From positions 1 through 56,716 of IMG/VR virus record IMGVR_UViG_3300010403_000026: a stretch of DNA of 56,716 nucleotides; one strand, written 5' to 3'. Both the position numbers and the translations under genes were made by a program. A model generated the notes under the pieces. The model ran no database searches, was not told the DNA's origin, and was given only the letters and a program-made list of their open reading frames with translations. This document shows, in pieces, positions 46,074 through 55,492 of the stretch (its first letter is position 1; each line of letters opens with the position of its first letter). This DNA is from a virus (lineage: Duplodnaviria > Caudoviricetes).

Positions 46074-46285
46074 GCCAGCCATTCCTGACGGTCTCATACG
46101 TCAACGACCACAAGCTCCAGGGCCGTCAGGTGGAGGGAAGGTGGGAGTGGAGCTGCCCGGCCTTCCCCTCTCTCGCCAGCCTGCACGACGGCTGCACGGA
46201 CCCCTCGGAGTGCCTTCTGGACTTCATGAAACTGTGCGTAGAACCGAGTTTGAAGAACCGACGAGCGTGGGAGGAGAGCAAGTGA
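46070..46285 (+). CDS. Hypothetical protein
   Basis: GTGA coupling. Confidence 0.55.
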   Translation: MSQPFLTVSYVNDHKLQGRQVEGRWEWSCPAFPSLASLHDGCTDPSECLLDFMKLCVEPSLKNRRAWEESK

Positions 46286-46506
46286 GCGAACAGGTCAATC
46301 ATCCGACACACTACGGCGGTGAGGCTAATCCCTACGAGGCCATCAAGGTTATCGAAGCGTGGGGCTTGGGATTCTGTCTCGGCAACACCGTGAAGTACAT
46401 CAGCCGCGCCGGGAAGAAGGGCGATGTATTGACCGATCTGAAAAAAGCAGCGTGGTATCTGAACCGTGAAATCCAAAACCTTGAAGGGAAGCCCAATGGA
46501 GTTTAA
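46282..46506 (+). CDS. DUF3310 protein (T7 gp1.7-like nucleotide kinase family)
   Basis: VNHPTHY...FCLGNTVKYISRAGKK..DLKKAAWYL. Confidence 0.85.
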   Translation: MSEQVNHPTHYGGEANPYEAIKVIEAWGLGFCLGNTVKYISRAGKKGDVLTDLKKAAWYLNREIQNLEGKPNGV

Positions 46507-47218
46507 GTCAACGGTTGATGTGAAGCTCATTCAGAGCATGGGCGGCGATCATATGGTCGTCGCAGCCGCGAAGGTCAGCACGAACGGACGGGACTGTTTG
46601 CAGTTTGCCGAACCGGGCGCTGCTGACGAAAACTTCGGCCTCATCAACTACCTGATGAAGCACCGCCACGGAACACCGTTCGAGCACGCCGCCGCGACGT
46701 TCTTTGTCCACGCTCCGATTTTCGTCTGGCGTGAATGGCACCGTCACAGAATTGGGTTCAGTTACAACGAGGAGAGCGGGCGTTACAAGCAGCTTGAACC
46801 AATTTTCTACGTGCCCGACCGGCACCGCCCCATGATGAAAGTCGATGGGTGGAAGCCGGGTCGCCCAAAGTTTGCTCACTGTGACAGCGACGACGTTTAC
46901 AACCACTTGGTTGGCAATCTCGAAGGCATGTACGAAGCAGCGTACCAGACCTACGAAGACAACCTTTCTCTCGGCATCGACCCCGGACTGGCCCGCGACT
47001 GTCTGCCGGTAGGCATCTATTCCGGTTGTTGGGTCACTTGCAATCCACGGTCGCTGATGGCCTTCCTGTCGCTCAGGACGCACGATCCCAACGCCAAGGC
47101 AGTTTCATACCCTTTGTGGGAAATCGAGATGGCGGCACGGGCCTGCGAGAAGATGTTCGCGGAGGGGTGGCCGCTTACCTACAAAGCGTTTTGCGAGAAC
47201 GGGCGGATGGCCCCATGA
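46496..47218 (+). CDS. thyX: FAD-dependent thymidylate synthase
   Basis: HGTPFEH, REWHRHRIGFSYNEESGRY, AR..LP, NPRSL..FLSLR. Confidence 0.95.
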   Translation: MEFKSTVDVKLIQSMGGDHMVVAAAKVSTNGRDCLQFAEPGAADENFGLINYLMKHRHGTPFEHAAATFFVHAPIFVWREWHRHRIGFSYNEESGRYKQLEPIFYVPDRHRPMMKVDGWKPGRPKFAHCDSDDVYNHLVGNLEGMYEAAYQTYEDNLSLGIDPGLARDCLPVGIYSGCWVTCNPRSLMAFLSLRTHDPNAKAVSYPLWEIEMAARACEKMFAEGWPLTYKAFCENGRMAP

Positions 47219-47553
47219 GCGACCAAGACGATATGCTCCGCGCCCAAGAGCGTGCCCTGAGCAACGATCTGGCCCTGATACTCCTCAAGGCCATCACGAC
47301 GGCCTCCATCGCCCAACCGGACATCCTCCGCACGGCTTTGGCTTCCGTCTTCGACCTGAAGAGGACCGAGGAACTGTACGAGAAGATGCAGCAGCGTATC
47401 TTCCTCGCGACCCAAAAGCTGGAAGCCTTGGAGGAACGGTGCAGGTTGGCTGAAGAGGAACTGGGGAAGCTCCGCAAGACGGTCGCGAACGCACAGGAGT
47501 TCTTGTCCCATCGAAATGGAAAACATGCCGGACCAGCGCCGAGAATACGTTGA
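47215..47553 (+). CDS. Coiled-coil hypothetical protein
   Basis: ATGA overlap. Confidence 0.55.
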   Translation: MSDQDDMLRAQERALSNDLALILLKAITTASIAQPDILRTALASVFDLKRTEELYEKMQQRIFLATQKLEALEERCRLAEEELGKLRKTVANAQEFLSHRNGKHAGPAPRIR

Positions 47554-47584
47554 CTTCTTTGCCACAGTAGTTATTATTACTATT

Positions 47585-47716
47585 ATGAAGACGACCAAGA
47601 AACCCCTGACGTGCAAACGGTGCGGCCAGTCATGGACGCCACGGATTGAAGCCGTGCCCGTCCAGTGCCCGCGATGCAAAAGCCCGTTATGGTCCAAACC
47701 AAAGGTGCGAAAGTGA
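47585..47716 (+). CDS. Small Zn-ribbon protein
   Basis: CKRCG..W.PR...CPRCKS..W; TTGACT-16 nt-TATTAT then 7 nt to ATG. Confidence 0.7.
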   Translation: MKTTKKPLTCKRCGQSWTPRIEAVPVQCPRCKSPLWSKPKVRK

Positions 47717-47940
47717 TTAAAGAAAAACTGGCCGAGTTCGTGTCTATGCTTGAGGCCAAGGACACGCCGAAGAACACGGCGAAACTACAGTCAGTCCTCA
47801 TGATTATCACCGGGCTTGCTCAAGACGAGTCTTTGGAAGTGACTCACGACGACTTCGCCTCGCTCAACAGCGAAGTCAGAAAAATGATGCTTTTGTGTTG
47901 GGCTGCTCTGTTCCTTCAACAAATTCAGGAGAAAAAGTGA
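47713..47940 (+). CDS. Hypothetical protein
   Basis: GTGA coupling. Confidence 0.55.
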   Translation: MIKEKLAEFVSMLEAKDTPKNTAKLQSVLMIITGLAQDESLEVTHDDFASLNSEVRKMMLLCWAALFLQQIQEKK

Positions 47941-48149
47941 GCGAAGACAACAATCTGGCTGCACCGCCAAAGCAACCCAAAACCAAGGCCCGTTCACGTC
48001 GGAACTACCAAGCCGAACTGATCGACTTGCAAGGACGGGTCGATGTGGCGGTGCGGATTCTCAAGAAGTCCACCGACAGCGAGGCTAACTCTCCCGCCGC
48101 CAAGGAACTGGTCAGCGTGGCCGTCGAAACCCTGACCGGGGAGGAGTGA
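47937..48149 (+). CDS. Hypothetical protein
   Basis: GTGA coupling, AGGAG. Confidence 0.55.
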   Translation: MSEDNNLAAPPKQPKTKARSRRNYQAELIDLQGRVDVAVRILKKSTDSEANSPAAKELVSVAVETLTGEE

Positions 48150-48385
48150 TGCCACGCCTTCATTTGCTCATCCACGGGAAGCTGTATCTGGTTATGACCA
48201 AGCTGATCGAAGGAGTCAGGACCGTCAGCCTGTGCGACCAGATGGGTGTCACGAAGTTCGAGATCAACGAGCGTGGCTCATGCACCTGCGGGAGCGACCA
48301 CCAAAGGCTCCTTGGAACGACAGGGAAGGGCGAGTTCCGCCGTTGTCCACACGCCAAAGCCGCTCAAAAGGTTGGTCTGCTGTGA
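48146..48385 (+). CDS. SWIM-type Zn-finger protein
   Basis: CTC...CPH. Confidence 0.6.
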   Translation: MMPRLHLLIHGKLYLVMTKLIEGVRTVSLCDQMGVTKFEINERGSCTCGSDHQRLLGTTGKGEFRRCPHAKAAQKVGLL

Positions 48386-48789
48386 TCTACCGGACGAAAG
48401 AAAGCCGTGAGGCCCTGAAGGAATGGTGCATCACGATTGGAAAATGCGAACTGTGCGGCAAGCGCCCGCCGAGCGGTGTTCGCTTAGAACCGCATCACCT
48501 TTTTCTGAAGGTCGGCGGGGCTGGCTCAGACTTCCGCTGCAACGTGATCGTGACGTGTCGTGCCTGTCATCACGACGCGGAGTCCAGCACGGCCAAAAAC
48601 GAAGCCGCCAAGCGTCTCGTGGCCGACAGGGAAAAGACGACCGTAGAGGCCATCATGGAAGCCCTGTGGTTCATTCGGCGAACGCCAAAAGGCACCTCGC
48701 CGGAGCGGATCGCGGCCCAGCTTCGTGAGCTGTCGGCTGAAGTCCGCAGGCTGGTGACGGGGTGCCTACGAGAGTGTGGGAGAATTTGA
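48382..48789 (+). CDS. HNH-type nuclease domain protein
   Basis: CELC...HH...N....CRACH; codon usage like the genome backbone. Confidence 0.7.
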   Translation: MIYRTKESREALKEWCITIGKCELCGKRPPSGVRLEPHHLFLKVGGAGSDFRCNVIVTCRACHHDAESSTAKNEAAKRLVADREKTTVEAIMEALWFIRRTPKGTSPERIAAQLRELSAEVRRLVTGCLRECGRI

Positions 48790-48791
48790 CC

Positions 48792-49301
48792 ATGTGTTTT
48801 TACCAAGGCGACTACGACTGGCTTGCTTCTGTCAGCAGCGAAAAATCCGAGCCAGCGCCGAAAAAGATTTGGTGCAACGAGTGTCATCGCACAATCGAGG
48901 CTGGCCAGATAACGCACCATATTTACCAGCAAGAGCACGAAGAGTGCCGCCGCTGCTCGGAAGGCGAGTGTGAGTGCGTCGGCTCTCGCAACGATGAGGA
49001 TGATCCTCAAGACCACGACTGCAAATGTGCCGAACCGAACTTTGGCGAGACGTTCGACTACGACCGCTGCGACGATTGCCACAAGTTCCTCTGTGCTATC
49101 GAGGCCGCAGAAATCGACGCTGGTTGCAAGCCCTACGAGGCCCGCCCATCGCTTTGCGGCATGATCGAGAACATCACCAACGCCGATAACTCGATGGATG
49201 AGGCCAAGAGGTATTTCAAGAAAGCGCGGTCGATGTTCCCGGAACTGGTTGCATCGAAGTATCTGGCGTGGCTGTGGCGAAAGATGTTTCGGGTTGGGTG
49301 A
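48792..49301 (+). CDS. Cys-rich hypothetical protein
   Basis: CNEC..I..G, CDDC. Confidence 0.6.
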   Translation: MCFYQGDYDWLASVSSEKSEPAPKKIWCNECHRTIEAGQITHHIYQQEHEECRRCSEGECECVGSRNDEDDPQDHDCKCAEPNFGETFDYDRCDDCHKFLCAIEAAEIDAGCKPYEARPSLCGMIENITNADNSMDEAKRYFKKARSMFPELVASKYLAWLWRKMFRVG

Positions 49302-49332
49302 CGGGGTGCCTCAAGGAAGCGGGGAGGATGTG

Positions 49333-49503
49333 ATGGCTCGTTCGTGGCTGGAGTGGCGGCTGTTGCGACCGGATGGGACGCTTTACTTCCCAGCTTTCTC
49401 GGAAGAAAAGTACGCTCGGAATCACGCCAGCACCATGATCGGCTGGCGTGTCGTCCGTGTGCGGGTGACGGTCCACGAGAAAGGCAAGGGGAAAAAGAAA
49501 TGA
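49333..49503 (+). CDS. Hypothetical protein
   Basis: GGAGG Shine-Dalgarno. Confidence 0.5.
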   Translation: MARSWLEWRLLRPDGTLYFPAFSEEKYARNHASTMIGWRVVRVRVTVHEKGKGKKK

Positions 49504-49706
49504 TAGCTAAAGTTGATTCTTACGTTTTTCAGACGGCTGGGTTTGGCAAAGGCGATGTGCTGAAATTCGACCCTAACCCAATCCGATGCGGCCAAGTCGA
49601 AGATGGTGTATCGGTTATGATCCCTGGCCTTTCTGGCTGGGGAGTGATTGCCTACGAGGATTTGCTGGAAATGGCGCGACTGGCCAAAGAACGGAGGGAG
49701 CGATGA
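49500..49706 (+). CDS. Hypothetical protein
   Basis: ATGA coupling. Confidence 0.5.
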   Translation: MIAKVDSYVFQTAGFGKGDVLKFDPNPIRCGQVEDGVSVMIPGLSGWGVIAYEDLLEMARLAKERRER

Positions 49707-50020
49707 CTCACGACGAGGCAAAGGCAAAGGCCGAGGCCGCGAAGCTGTGGAACCTGCTGCGAGTCGAAGGCGAAGGCAGTATTGACGACATCGCCGCCGC
49801 CCTGGTCGCGGCCCGCCCACAATGGCAGCCGATTGAGACAGCGCCGAAAGATTCGAGTTGGCTTCTTGGTCTGATGCGGACGCGAAGGCAAGCCGTCGTG
49901 CGTTGGGGCGGTGGCGTATGGGAAGACGACAATCGGCTATGTCGTGATCCGATTGCTTGGATGCCACTCCCCGCACCGCCTGTCGAAGCCCTGTTGGCCG
50001 CCCCGGAGAACCAGAAATGA
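49703..50020 (+). CDS. DUF551-like protein
   Basis: WQPIETAPKD...WMPLPAPP. Confidence 0.7.
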   Translation: MTHDEAKAKAEAAKLWNLLRVEGEGSIDDIAAALVAARPQWQPIETAPKDSSWLLGLMRTRRQAVVRWGGGVWEDDNRLCRDPIAWMPLPAPPVEALLAAPENQK

Positions 50021-50193
50021 CCCTAGCTGAACTGAGGAAAAAATACCCGACGATGACTTCTTTGAAGTACGAACCGGCTTCGGACTGTCGCTTTTGTGGC
50101 GGGACTGGAGAACGCAAATTGCGCGATGGCGACAATCTCTATCCGTGCATTTGTACGGCGGTGCGAAAGGAGCCTGCCCATGAATCCCTTTGA
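50017..50193 (+). CDS. Small Zn-finger protein
   Basis: CRFCGGTG..CIC. Confidence 0.5.
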   Translation: MTLAELRKKYPTMTSLKYEPASDCRFCGGTGERKLRDGDNLYPCICTAVRKEPAHESL

Positions 50194-50232
50194 CCCCATC
50201 GCCGCCGCCCGCCAGGTGTTGGAGAAACCAGC

Positions 50233-50625
50233 GTGACCACCGAATCCGCCTTTCAAGCCGCCCTGGACGCCGAGCCGGACAACCACGCGCTGCGGGGTGC
50301 GTTTAGCGATTGGCTTGAAGAGCGGGGCGACTGGAGGGCGGCTGGGTATCGGTGGATGAGCGGTAATGAGAAATTCGCAAATGGCAGTTTGGTCGATGGC
50401 CCTTACTGGTCTGGTATCACGCTGGAAATAGGCGAAGAAGGCGACCGTGATGATGTACCGTACAACCAAAGGCGACTGCCAAAGGAAATCCACGCCGCTC
50501 TTCATCGTGGAATCGAGCCGTTTCCGTGCCATTATCGGCAATACCCTACCCGTCAAGCCGCCGAAGAGGCGCTCTGCCGCGCATTGCACGAACACCCCGA
50601 ACTCTTGACAGGAGCCGCAGCGTGA
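50233..50625 (+). CDS. TIGR02996 domain protein
   Basis: ESAFQAALDAEPDNHALRGAFSDWLEERGD.RA. Confidence 0.8.
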   Translation: MTTESAFQAALDAEPDNHALRGAFSDWLEERGDWRAAGYRWMSGNEKFANGSLVDGPYWSGITLEIGEEGDRDDVPYNQRRLPKEIHAALHRGIEPFPCHYRQYPTRQAAEEALCRALHEHPELLTGAAA

Positions 50626-50846
50626 CCACCAACAAGATCGACGTGATGGAAATGCAAGTCATCGAGCCGAAAGGTCAGCGCATCCACAGCGATTTCGATG
50701 TGTACCTTTCGCCGTGGCCTGACTTCAGCCAGCTTGAGCAGTTCCTCGACGGCGCTCCGACCGACGTTCCGTGCATGGTCAGGATCACGATGCGGAAGAT
50801 GACGCAGGCAGACTTCGACGCCAGATGCGAAGGATTTGAGCTGTGA
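50622..50846 (+). CDS. Hypothetical protein, copy A
   Basis: 74 aa, near-identical to 53051. Confidence 0.75.
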   Translation: MTTNKIDVMEMQVIEPKGQRIHSDFDVYLSPWPDFSQLEQFLDGAPTDVPCMVRITMRKMTQADFDARCEGFEL

Positions 50847-51958
50847 CCGACTCCCAATTCCTTGAAACGATCCTCGCCGAGCCTGAGAACGACGCGCCGC
50901 GATTAGCCTACGCTGATTGGCTGGTCGAGAACTGCCCGCTGGGCGCTGAGGGGCAGCAGTGGACGGACAGGGCGGAATTCATTCGCGTGCAATGCGAACT
51001 AGCAGACTGTGCAGCCAGAGAGGTTGAACTGTTCAACGACGATGTTGAGTGGAAGGACTGCGAGGGCGTGTCGGCCAATTGGTGCCCGAACTGCGGCGAC
51101 TGCTGTTGCAAGAATCCAGAGCAGTCGAAGAACGACCACGATTGCCCGTTGCATAGCTCAGAAAGCCCACACGCCCAGCACCATATTTTACAGCGCAGGG
51201 TCAGCACCCTCCGTCGCCGCGAGCGTGAACTGCTGTCAGCAGTCAGCACGGAGACGTGCCCACGATGCAAGGGCAGGAAAACAGTCACGGAGCAAAGGTC
51301 ATATCGCATTGAATCGTCAGGCTGCGGTGAATGCCTTGCAAGTGGCGTCGTGCAGGTGAGTAATTGTGTGCGTTGGGCCGGGAAGCTGGGCGGACGCAAT
51401 GCCAATCATACCAACCCATGCCCAAACCAAGACGGATGGCACGGCTTCTGGTCGGCTGACGTGATGCGCGGCGCTGGCGAAGAGCTTGTGATGTTTCGCT
51501 TCGTCCGTGGCTTCGTCGGCGTGGTGTCGCTGTCGTGTGCCGCCCTCGTCGGGGACGTTTGCCCACGATGCAGCGAAGGCAGGCGGCAATGGCAGAACGG
51601 AATGAACTTCTACACTTGCCCAACATGCAAAACGACTGCTGGCCGCGTTAACTCCCTCGCGGGCGAACTGTCACGGCTGCCACTGACAGGGGTGCAGGTA
51701 AGCGGCAAGAGACCATACGATGCAACGGTCGAGAATATGGCGTTTGGTTTGTTCGATGAAGCCTTTCGTCCTGACGGAGATAATGATCCAGAAAGCAACC
51801 TGCCGACCGTTCTTTTTGATGCCTTGGAAGGCGGCACGTTTAACGAAGAACTGGACCCGCAACGGTCCTTGTGGTACGCCACGTCTGCCGCTGCGACTGA
51901 TGCCCTGGAGCGGGCGGCGCTGCTGCTGGTGAGGAAACGAATGGAGGTGATGGCATGA
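50843..51958 (+). CDS. TIGR02996 domain protein with Zn-finger inserts
   Basis: FLETILAEPENDAPRLAYADWL..RAEFIRVQCELA; RRRERELL; F.RGFV. Confidence 0.85.
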   Translation: MTDSQFLETILAEPENDAPRLAYADWLVENCPLGAEGQQWTDRAEFIRVQCELADCAAREVELFNDDVEWKDCEGVSANWCPNCGDCCCKNPEQSKNDHDCPLHSSESPHAQHHILQRRVSTLRRRERELLSAVSTETCPRCKGRKTVTEQRSYRIESSGCGECLASGVVQVSNCVRWAGKLGGRNANHTNPCPNQDGWHGFWSADVMRGAGEELVMFRFVRGFVGVVSLSCAALVGDVCPRCSEGRRQWQNGMNFYTCPTCKTTAGRVNSLAGELSRLPLTGVQVSGKRPYDATVENMAFGLFDEAFRPDGDNDPESNLPTVLFDALEGGTFNEELDPQRSLWYATSAAATDALERAALLLVRKRMEVMA

Positions 51959-52431
51959 GCCGATTTGGGACCATCAACGCTGAGACACAAGCCAAACTGC
52001 TTTCGGAAGGAACAGTCCGGGGAGCGCCAAAGGAAGGGCAAAAAGCGGCAAGGATGCCGTTCACGGGGTTCTTTTCCCTGCCGGTTCCGCCATCGACAAA
52101 CAACCTTTTCCGAAACGCTGGCAAGAAGAGAATCAAAACTGAACGATACATAAACTGGCTGGTGGACGCTCAGTTATCCATGCACCAGCAGCGCGTCCGT
52201 GGCGAAGCTCCAAACCCGTGCAAGATCACGATCTCCATATCGAGCGGGAAAGGCTTTCGTGAGGATCGGGACTTGGATAACTTCGCCAAGGCTGTCTTGG
52301 ACCTGTTGGTTGAAAACGGGATTCTCGCAGGTGACAGCGTTAAGTTCGTCCCACGCCTGTCCCTGCACTATTACGAAGGCAACGAGGGAGCGCTGGCCAT
52401 GTGCCACATCTGCATCGAAAAGCTGTGGTAG
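51955..52431 (+). CDS. rusA: RusA-family Holliday junction resolvase
   Basis: LPVPPSTN, RDLDNFAKAVLDLL..G....D. Confidence 0.8.
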   Translation: MSRFGTINAETQAKLLSEGTVRGAPKEGQKAARMPFTGFFSLPVPPSTNNLFRNAGKKRIKTERYINWLVDAQLSMHQQRVRGEAPNPCKITISISSGKGFREDRDLDNFAKAVLDLLVENGILAGDSVKFVPRLSLHYYEGNEGALAMCHICIEKLW

Positions 52432-52568
52432 CCATGCACCACCTATGCTTAATCATCCTGCTCGCCTTGGCCTTCGTCGGCCTTCCCCTGTTGGTGGGGT
52501 GGATGTTATGGAAAATTGGTCGTGGTGATCGGTAAAGTACAACAGCACACGCAGCTAGAGAACCTGAA

Positions 52569-52787
52569 ATGACGACGAACGCCGGACCAACGGCAATTAG
52601 CCGAATGCTTGACGCTATCGAATGGAAAGCTCTTGCTCACGATGCGCCAACAGATATTCCCGTGGCCACGCATGAGGGCCTTTTGAAGATTATGGGGTTT
52701 GAACTCCGCGTGTATCAACTGAGCAACGGCCAAAGAGTGATCGAAGAGAATGACCTGATTCGATTTTTCGGAGGAGATTGCGAATGA
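52569..52787 (+). CDS. Hypothetical protein
   Basis: THEG.L.I....LRVYQLSNGQRVI. Confidence 0.65.
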   Translation: MTTNAGPTAISRMLDAIEWKALAHDAPTDIPVATHEGLLKIMGFELRVYQLSNGQRVIEENDLIRFFGGDCE

Positions 52788-53017
52788 CCGAATCAAGGAA
52801 TGCCAAGAAGAAGCGGAAGCCAAGCGAACTAGAGAGGCTTCAAAAAGACGAGTTCGAGATTAGGGGGATGCTGCGTAAGCACGACAACGCCGATGACTGT
52901 ATTGGATGCGGTTGTTTTGTGGCCACCGCTCCTGAGTTGGTCGCCGGTCTTTTGTGCGAGAGCAAAGAAATGGCCGAGCGCCTGAAAGAGATAGCAGCCC
53001 TGACCAAAGGCTATTGA
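52784..53017 (+). CDS. Hypothetical protein
   Basis: ATGA coupling, GGAGG. Confidence 0.55.
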   Translation: MTESRNAKKKRKPSELERLQKDEFEIRGMLRKHDNADDCIGCGCFVATAPELVAGLLCESKEMAERLKEIAALTKGY

Positions 53018-53050
53018 GGTCCACTGTTCTTGGATGCTAGGGAACCATAA

Positions 53051-53374
53051 ATGACGACCAACAAAATCGACGTGATGGAAATGCAGGTTATCGAGCCTAA
53101 AGGCCAACGCATCCACGGTGATTTCGACGTGTATCTGTCGCCGTGGCCTGACTTCAGCCAACTCGAACAGTTCCTTGATGGTGCTCCGACCGACACGCCA
53201 TGCGTGGTCAGGATCACAATGCGAAAGATGACTCATGAAGACTTCGATGCCAAGTGCGAAGGGTTTGAGCCATGCCCACTAACGGCTTCAAGCATGACCG
53301 ATGGGGACGCGATAGAGACACCGGCGCTCGCGGGCTTGCATTTGGGATTCGTAAGGTCAAAGACGGCATGGTGA
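53051..53374 (+). CDS. Hypothetical protein, copy B with read-through extension
   Basis: First 73 aa match 50622 at 67 positions. Confidence 0.7.
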   Translation: MTTNKIDVMEMQVIEPKGQRIHGDFDVYLSPWPDFSQLEQFLDGAPTDTPCVVRITMRKMTHEDFDAKCEGFEPCPLTASSMTDGDAIETPALAGLHLGFVRSKTAW

Positions 53375-53544
53375 AGATAGCTGGCGAGCTTTGGGAAGCG
53401 ATACCGTGGCGCGGGTCGCTGGCGAAGTACGAAGGCAAGAAGGTCGAGGTTGCGGTTCAGGACGCATGGGCTACGGAATACATCGCGAGAGACATTGACA
53501 CGCTTGACTCCGTAGCCATGCTGCATCGAGTCAAGGTTGCCTAG
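53272..53544 (+). CDS. Hypothetical protein
   Basis: 90 aa, last rightward gene. Confidence 0.55.
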   Translation: MPTNGFKHDRWGRDRDTGARGLAFGIRKVKDGMVKIAGELWEAIPWRGSLAKYEGKKVEVAVQDAWATEYIARDIDTLDSVAMLHRVKVA

Positions 53545-53563
53545 CTAGCTGGAACAGAATACT

Positions 53564-53597
53564 AAAAAGGCCGCGCCAGTTAGCCCTGACGCGGCCT
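53564..53597 (-). terminator. Intrinsic terminator where the two transcription units converge
   Basis: AGGCCGCG...CGCGGCCT stem with a T5 run on the minus strand. Confidence 0.7.
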
Positions 53598-53624
53598 CAG
53601 CCTCGACGGTGGGAAGCACGTCGA

Positions 53625-53885
53625 TTACGCGAAGATTTCGATGATCTGCTTGATAAATTCCAAAATTTCTGCGCGGTGATCGAAAAGCCACTTCAGCAGC
53701 GCGCCATCACCAAGCTGGCCGACCTTGCCGTTATCGGCTTGGGCGACGTGCAGGGCTGCGGCGCGAAGGGCCTTGCGATCATCGAGCGCGAGGCGGATCG
53801 TCGCCTTCTGCTGGTCGCTCGTGGTCTGGTGAGCCAACTGCTTCTTCAGGTGCCGCTTCAGCAGCATGATCTTGATCGGCTTCAT
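53625..53885 (-). CDS. Hypothetical protein with amphipathic C-terminus
   Basis: GGAG Shine-Dalgarno; GDGALLKWLFDH..EILEFIKQII. Confidence 0.6.
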   Translation of the reverse strand: MKPIKIMLLKRHLKKQLAHQTTSDQQKATIRLALDDRKALRAAALHVAQADNGKVGQLGDGALLKWLFDHRAEILEFIKQIIEIFA

Positions 53886-53896
53886 GTGTTCTCCGG

Positions 53897-54094
53897 TTAG
53901 GTTGTCAGTTCTTCCCACTTGTCACAAATCTCACGGGCCTTCTGGCAGTACGGGCAGGCGATCATCTCGTCGTAGGGGAGCGCTGGGTTTTTAATGCTCC
54001 CCGTCCCGTCGCACTTCAGGCAGGTGTCGATGTGGACCTTCAGCTCAGCCATCCCCGCGCGGAGCAGTTTGTATTCTTCAGTCTCTTCCATCAT
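53897..54094 (-). CDS. Small Zn-finger protein
   Basis: CLKCDGTG..CPYC. Confidence 0.55.
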   Translation of the reverse strand: MMEETEEYKLLRAGMAELKVHIDTCLKCDGTGSIKNPALPYDEMIACPYCQKAREICDKWEELTT

Positions 54095-54213
54095 CTTCTC
54101 CAGTTGGCTCGCGCTCCGTTGTCCCGACGCGGGGCGCTTGCCATTGAACGAGCGAGGTCACGCTCTCATTCCTCTCCACTGACTCCTTTCGGTGGCTAAG
54201 GCAATTGACCCGA

Positions 54214-54648
54214 CTAACGACGAAAGATGCGAAGGGGACGACCGCCCCCGGAACTCTGTGGACAGCCGCCCGGTGGACACGATTGGAAAGATGGCAGGAC
54301 AGGAAGCGGACCGTCTTTCGACTGCCCAGCAACTACGCTGGACCTAGCAATACCAGCCCCCTGTCCTGCCAAGATCGGATTATGCCAAGCGCACGGTTCT
54401 TTTCCGCACAGACTAGCCGGATTGCAATGACAGCCGAAGCCCGTCGCTCCGCAAGGGCAGCTTCCACGGTTCAACGGCTGGGCCAGATACGTTTGGATGG
54501 CCTTTGGGAGCGTCTGGGTGGCCACAGGAGCCACGATCTTGTTCTCAACGATGAATTGTGGGACTTTGTTCTCCACGACGAACTGGGGCGTCTGTGCCCC
54601 AGCGTCGTAAACGAAGAGTAAACAGAAAGTAAGCGCGGCAATTCTCAT
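54214..54648 (-). CDS. Secreted Cys-rich protein
   Basis: Signal peptide MRIAALTFCLLF..AGA; PQF.VENK twice; CPPGGCP..RIFRR. Confidence 0.65.
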   Translation of the reverse strand: MRIAALTFCLLFVYDAGAQTPQFVVENKVPQFIVENKIVAPVATQTLPKAIQTYLAQPLNRGSCPCGATGFGCHCNPASLCGKEPCAWHNPILAGQGAGIARSSVVAGQSKDGPLPVLPSFQSCPPGGCPQSSGGGRPLRIFRR

Positions 54649-54655
54649 AATTACC

Positions 54656-55492
54656 TCACTGGGCGGATGCCGACGACAACCGGATCGCCAATCCCCCGTT
54701 GCAGATCGCCTGAGAACCACGCAGGACCGCCAATCCGTAGCGGCCCCAGTTCAGCCACGAGTTGAGGATCAACTGCCCCCACGAACCTCTCTCGATGCGG
54801 ACCCAGCGGATGCCGCAAACGCTGTGGCTCCAGAAGTTGTAATCCCTCGGTCCGGGGATGTTGTTGAACCCGCAGGTCGCGCACTGGGCGCGGGTCAAGT
54901 TCTGGTCGTAGACCTGTTTGGTCAGGTCCGTCCACTCCTCCTCAACCTTGTGGAGCGACATGGCGGCACGAAGCTGAGGAGTGTCGTACTTCAGGTTCCG
55001 CGACTGAGCGGGCCACTCTCCTGGCCCGGTGCCCTCAATGGCGTAGCCGTTCTCCCGCGCCCACTTGGCCGATAGCCCGCACCACCCGCCTTCGTTCCTT
55101 CCCCCCTTGATGATCGCTGCCGTCGCGGCCCCGCTCAAACGGATGACGGGGAGGTTTTGTTTCAACCGATCCATCATGATCGAGTGGGCAGTGGAATAAC
55201 TCCAACAAAAACCATTGTTTCCTTGATCGAGATTGATGAACTTCGGGGTTCCGTTCGGGCCGGAGAGGTAGATGTGCTCCAACGAGCTTTGGGTTGCCTC
55301 CTGCTCGTCAAAGCGGGCGTCCCACTCCGATTCGGGGATCAGGACCATCTGGTCAGGCTGGGCGAACATCATCTCCGGGTCCACCGAGTAATCGCGCGGC
55401 ACCATGCCGAACGTCGCCCCCGGAGGATGAGACAGATTGGTGGCCGGAAGGTCGGTTTCAAGTATTGGGATATTTCCGTGGAAAAAATCCAT
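54656..55492 (-). CDS. Papain-like (C1) cysteine peptidase
   Basis: DQGNNGFCWSYS, HSV, LNSW..WG..G catalytic motifs. Confidence 0.85.
   Translation of the reverse strand: MDFFHGNIPILETDLPATNLSHPPGATFGMVPRDYSVDPEMMFAQPDQMVLIPESEWDARFDEQEATQSSLEHIYLSGPNGTPKFINLDQGNNGFCWSYSTAHSIMMDRLKQNLPVIRLSGAATAAIIKGGRNEGGWCGLSAKWARENGYAIEGTGPGEWPAQSRNLKYDTPQLRAAMSLHKVEEEWTDLTKQVYDQNLTRAQCATCGFNNIPGPRDYNFWSHSVCGIRWVRIERGSWGQLILNSWLNWGRYGLAVLRGSQAICNGGLAIRLSSASAQ

Noticed and set aside
48382-48789. This HNH as a sixth insert-and-repair cassette
   Set aside because: Backbone-like codon usage, a different HNH type, and no duplicated terminus found on either side
50622-53272. Duplicated segments as a DGR template/variable repeat pair
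   Set aside because: Mismatches are synonymous and involve all bases rather than adenines only; no reverse transcriptase in the window
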